Positions 12,555-13,133 of a stretch of DNA of 13,133 nucleotides are shown here, piece by piece. The notes beneath the pieces are model-generated. The model saw nothing but the letters and a program-made list of their open reading frames with translations. It was not told the DNA's origin and made no database searches. The first letter of the stretch is position 1; each line of letters opens with the position of its first letter. Both the position numbers and the translations under genes were made by a program. The DNA is from a virus (Duplodnaviria; Heunggongvirae; Uroviricota; Caudoviricetes). Location of the stretch: IMG/VR virus record IMGVR_UViG_3300022821_000011, positions 1-13,133 of that record; one strand, written 5' to 3'.

Positions 12555-12630
12555 TGGAGAGACCGAGAGGAATCAAACCTCCACCTCATGGCTTTGCAGG
12601 CCAGCGCATTTATCGTTTTGCTACGGTCTC
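12555..12630 (-). tRNA. tRNA-Cys(GCA), 76 nt
   Basis: Acceptor GAGACCG/CGGTCTC, U73 (Cys identity), encoded CCA; anticodon loop CT-GCA-AA. Confidence 0.85.
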
Positions 12631-12845
12631 ATTTCTAAATGCTTTTTAACTATGTCAGCCCACTCTTTTCGAAAAAATGTACGGCATCCGTTTAACATAT
12701 ACATATCAAGATCAGCCAAAACACACTCTTCTTTATCATAAGTATTAATATTAACTAAATCTCTAATTTTAGAATCTAATGATAAGTACATATTCTTTCT
12801 ATGGCCGCCAGCTCCATTAATATCATGCGATCCATAATATATCAC
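12621..12845 (-). CDS. Hypothetical protein (74 aa)
   Basis: GTGA coupling with 12842-13081; last codons overlap the tRNA-Cys 5' end. Confidence 0.65.
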   Translation of the reverse strand: MIYYGSHDINGAGGHRKNMYLSLDSKIRDLVNINTYDKEECVLADLDMYMLNGCRTFFRKEWADIVKKHLEMRP

Positions 12846-13081
12846 GATTTATACCATGAAATTTTAAAACAATATGGTCCTATAATAAAAGAAACAGTTG
12901 GCAATTCTCCTAAATAATCATTATAATCACAATAAAAAAATGGTAGCAATTCTATGTTTTTTCTATCATTTTTCCAAGTGCCATCTGAACTTTTAGAAAA
13001 AACAAACAACAATGGATTAAACAAAGACAAGCAATACCATTTACCACCGTCTTTTTTGTCAATTGTAAAACCAGTTTTCAT
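12842..13081 (-). CDS. Hypothetical protein (79 aa)
   Basis: AAGGAG SD; TTGACA at 13131-13126 upstream. Confidence 0.75.
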   Translation of the reverse strand: MKTGFTIDKKDGGKWYCLSLFNPLLFVFSKSSDGTWKNDRKNIELLPFFYCDYNDYLGELPTVSFIIGPYCFKISWYKS

Positions 13082-13133
13082 AATTGTTCTCCTTATAAAA
13101 ACAGTATATATTATAAATACATCAATGTCAACA

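Noticed and set aside
1-13133. Alternative genetic code
   Set aside because: Long genes are open in code 11, and TGA, TAA and TAG all act as stops at coupled or well-placed gene ends.

Overview
AT-rich stretch that looks like the early/accessory region of a large lytic dsDNA bacteriophage (inferred from dense short genes nearly all on the minus strand, strong SD sites, TTGACA-N17-TAnnnT promoters before almost every gene or small operon, and two solitary tRNAs; standard code). Four zones: (1) 1-4110, single-gene cassettes, six headed by a near-identical 32-bp palindromic promoter element, plus a tRNA-shaped 114-nt RNA; (2) 4110-5330, a gene-poor island with three plus-strand promoters, long inverted repeats, two homologous 9-codon mini-ORFs and iteron-like heptamers; (3) 5317-8118, a chain of about 15 mostly stop/start-coupled micro-genes, eight of them tandem paralogues built from a 12-bp unit (Q-V-x-x) that also carries about 60 GANTC sites; (4) 8272-13081, a DUF6745-like protein with a His-rich partner, an AAA+-type ATPase, hypothetical genes, tRNA-Leu(UAA) and tRNA-Cys(GCA). 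Best candidate for an undescribed system: the QVxx micro-protein array downstream of a DUF6745-like gene that lacks the internal tetrapeptide repeat. No searches or folding programs were run; family names are from memory and counts are by hand.
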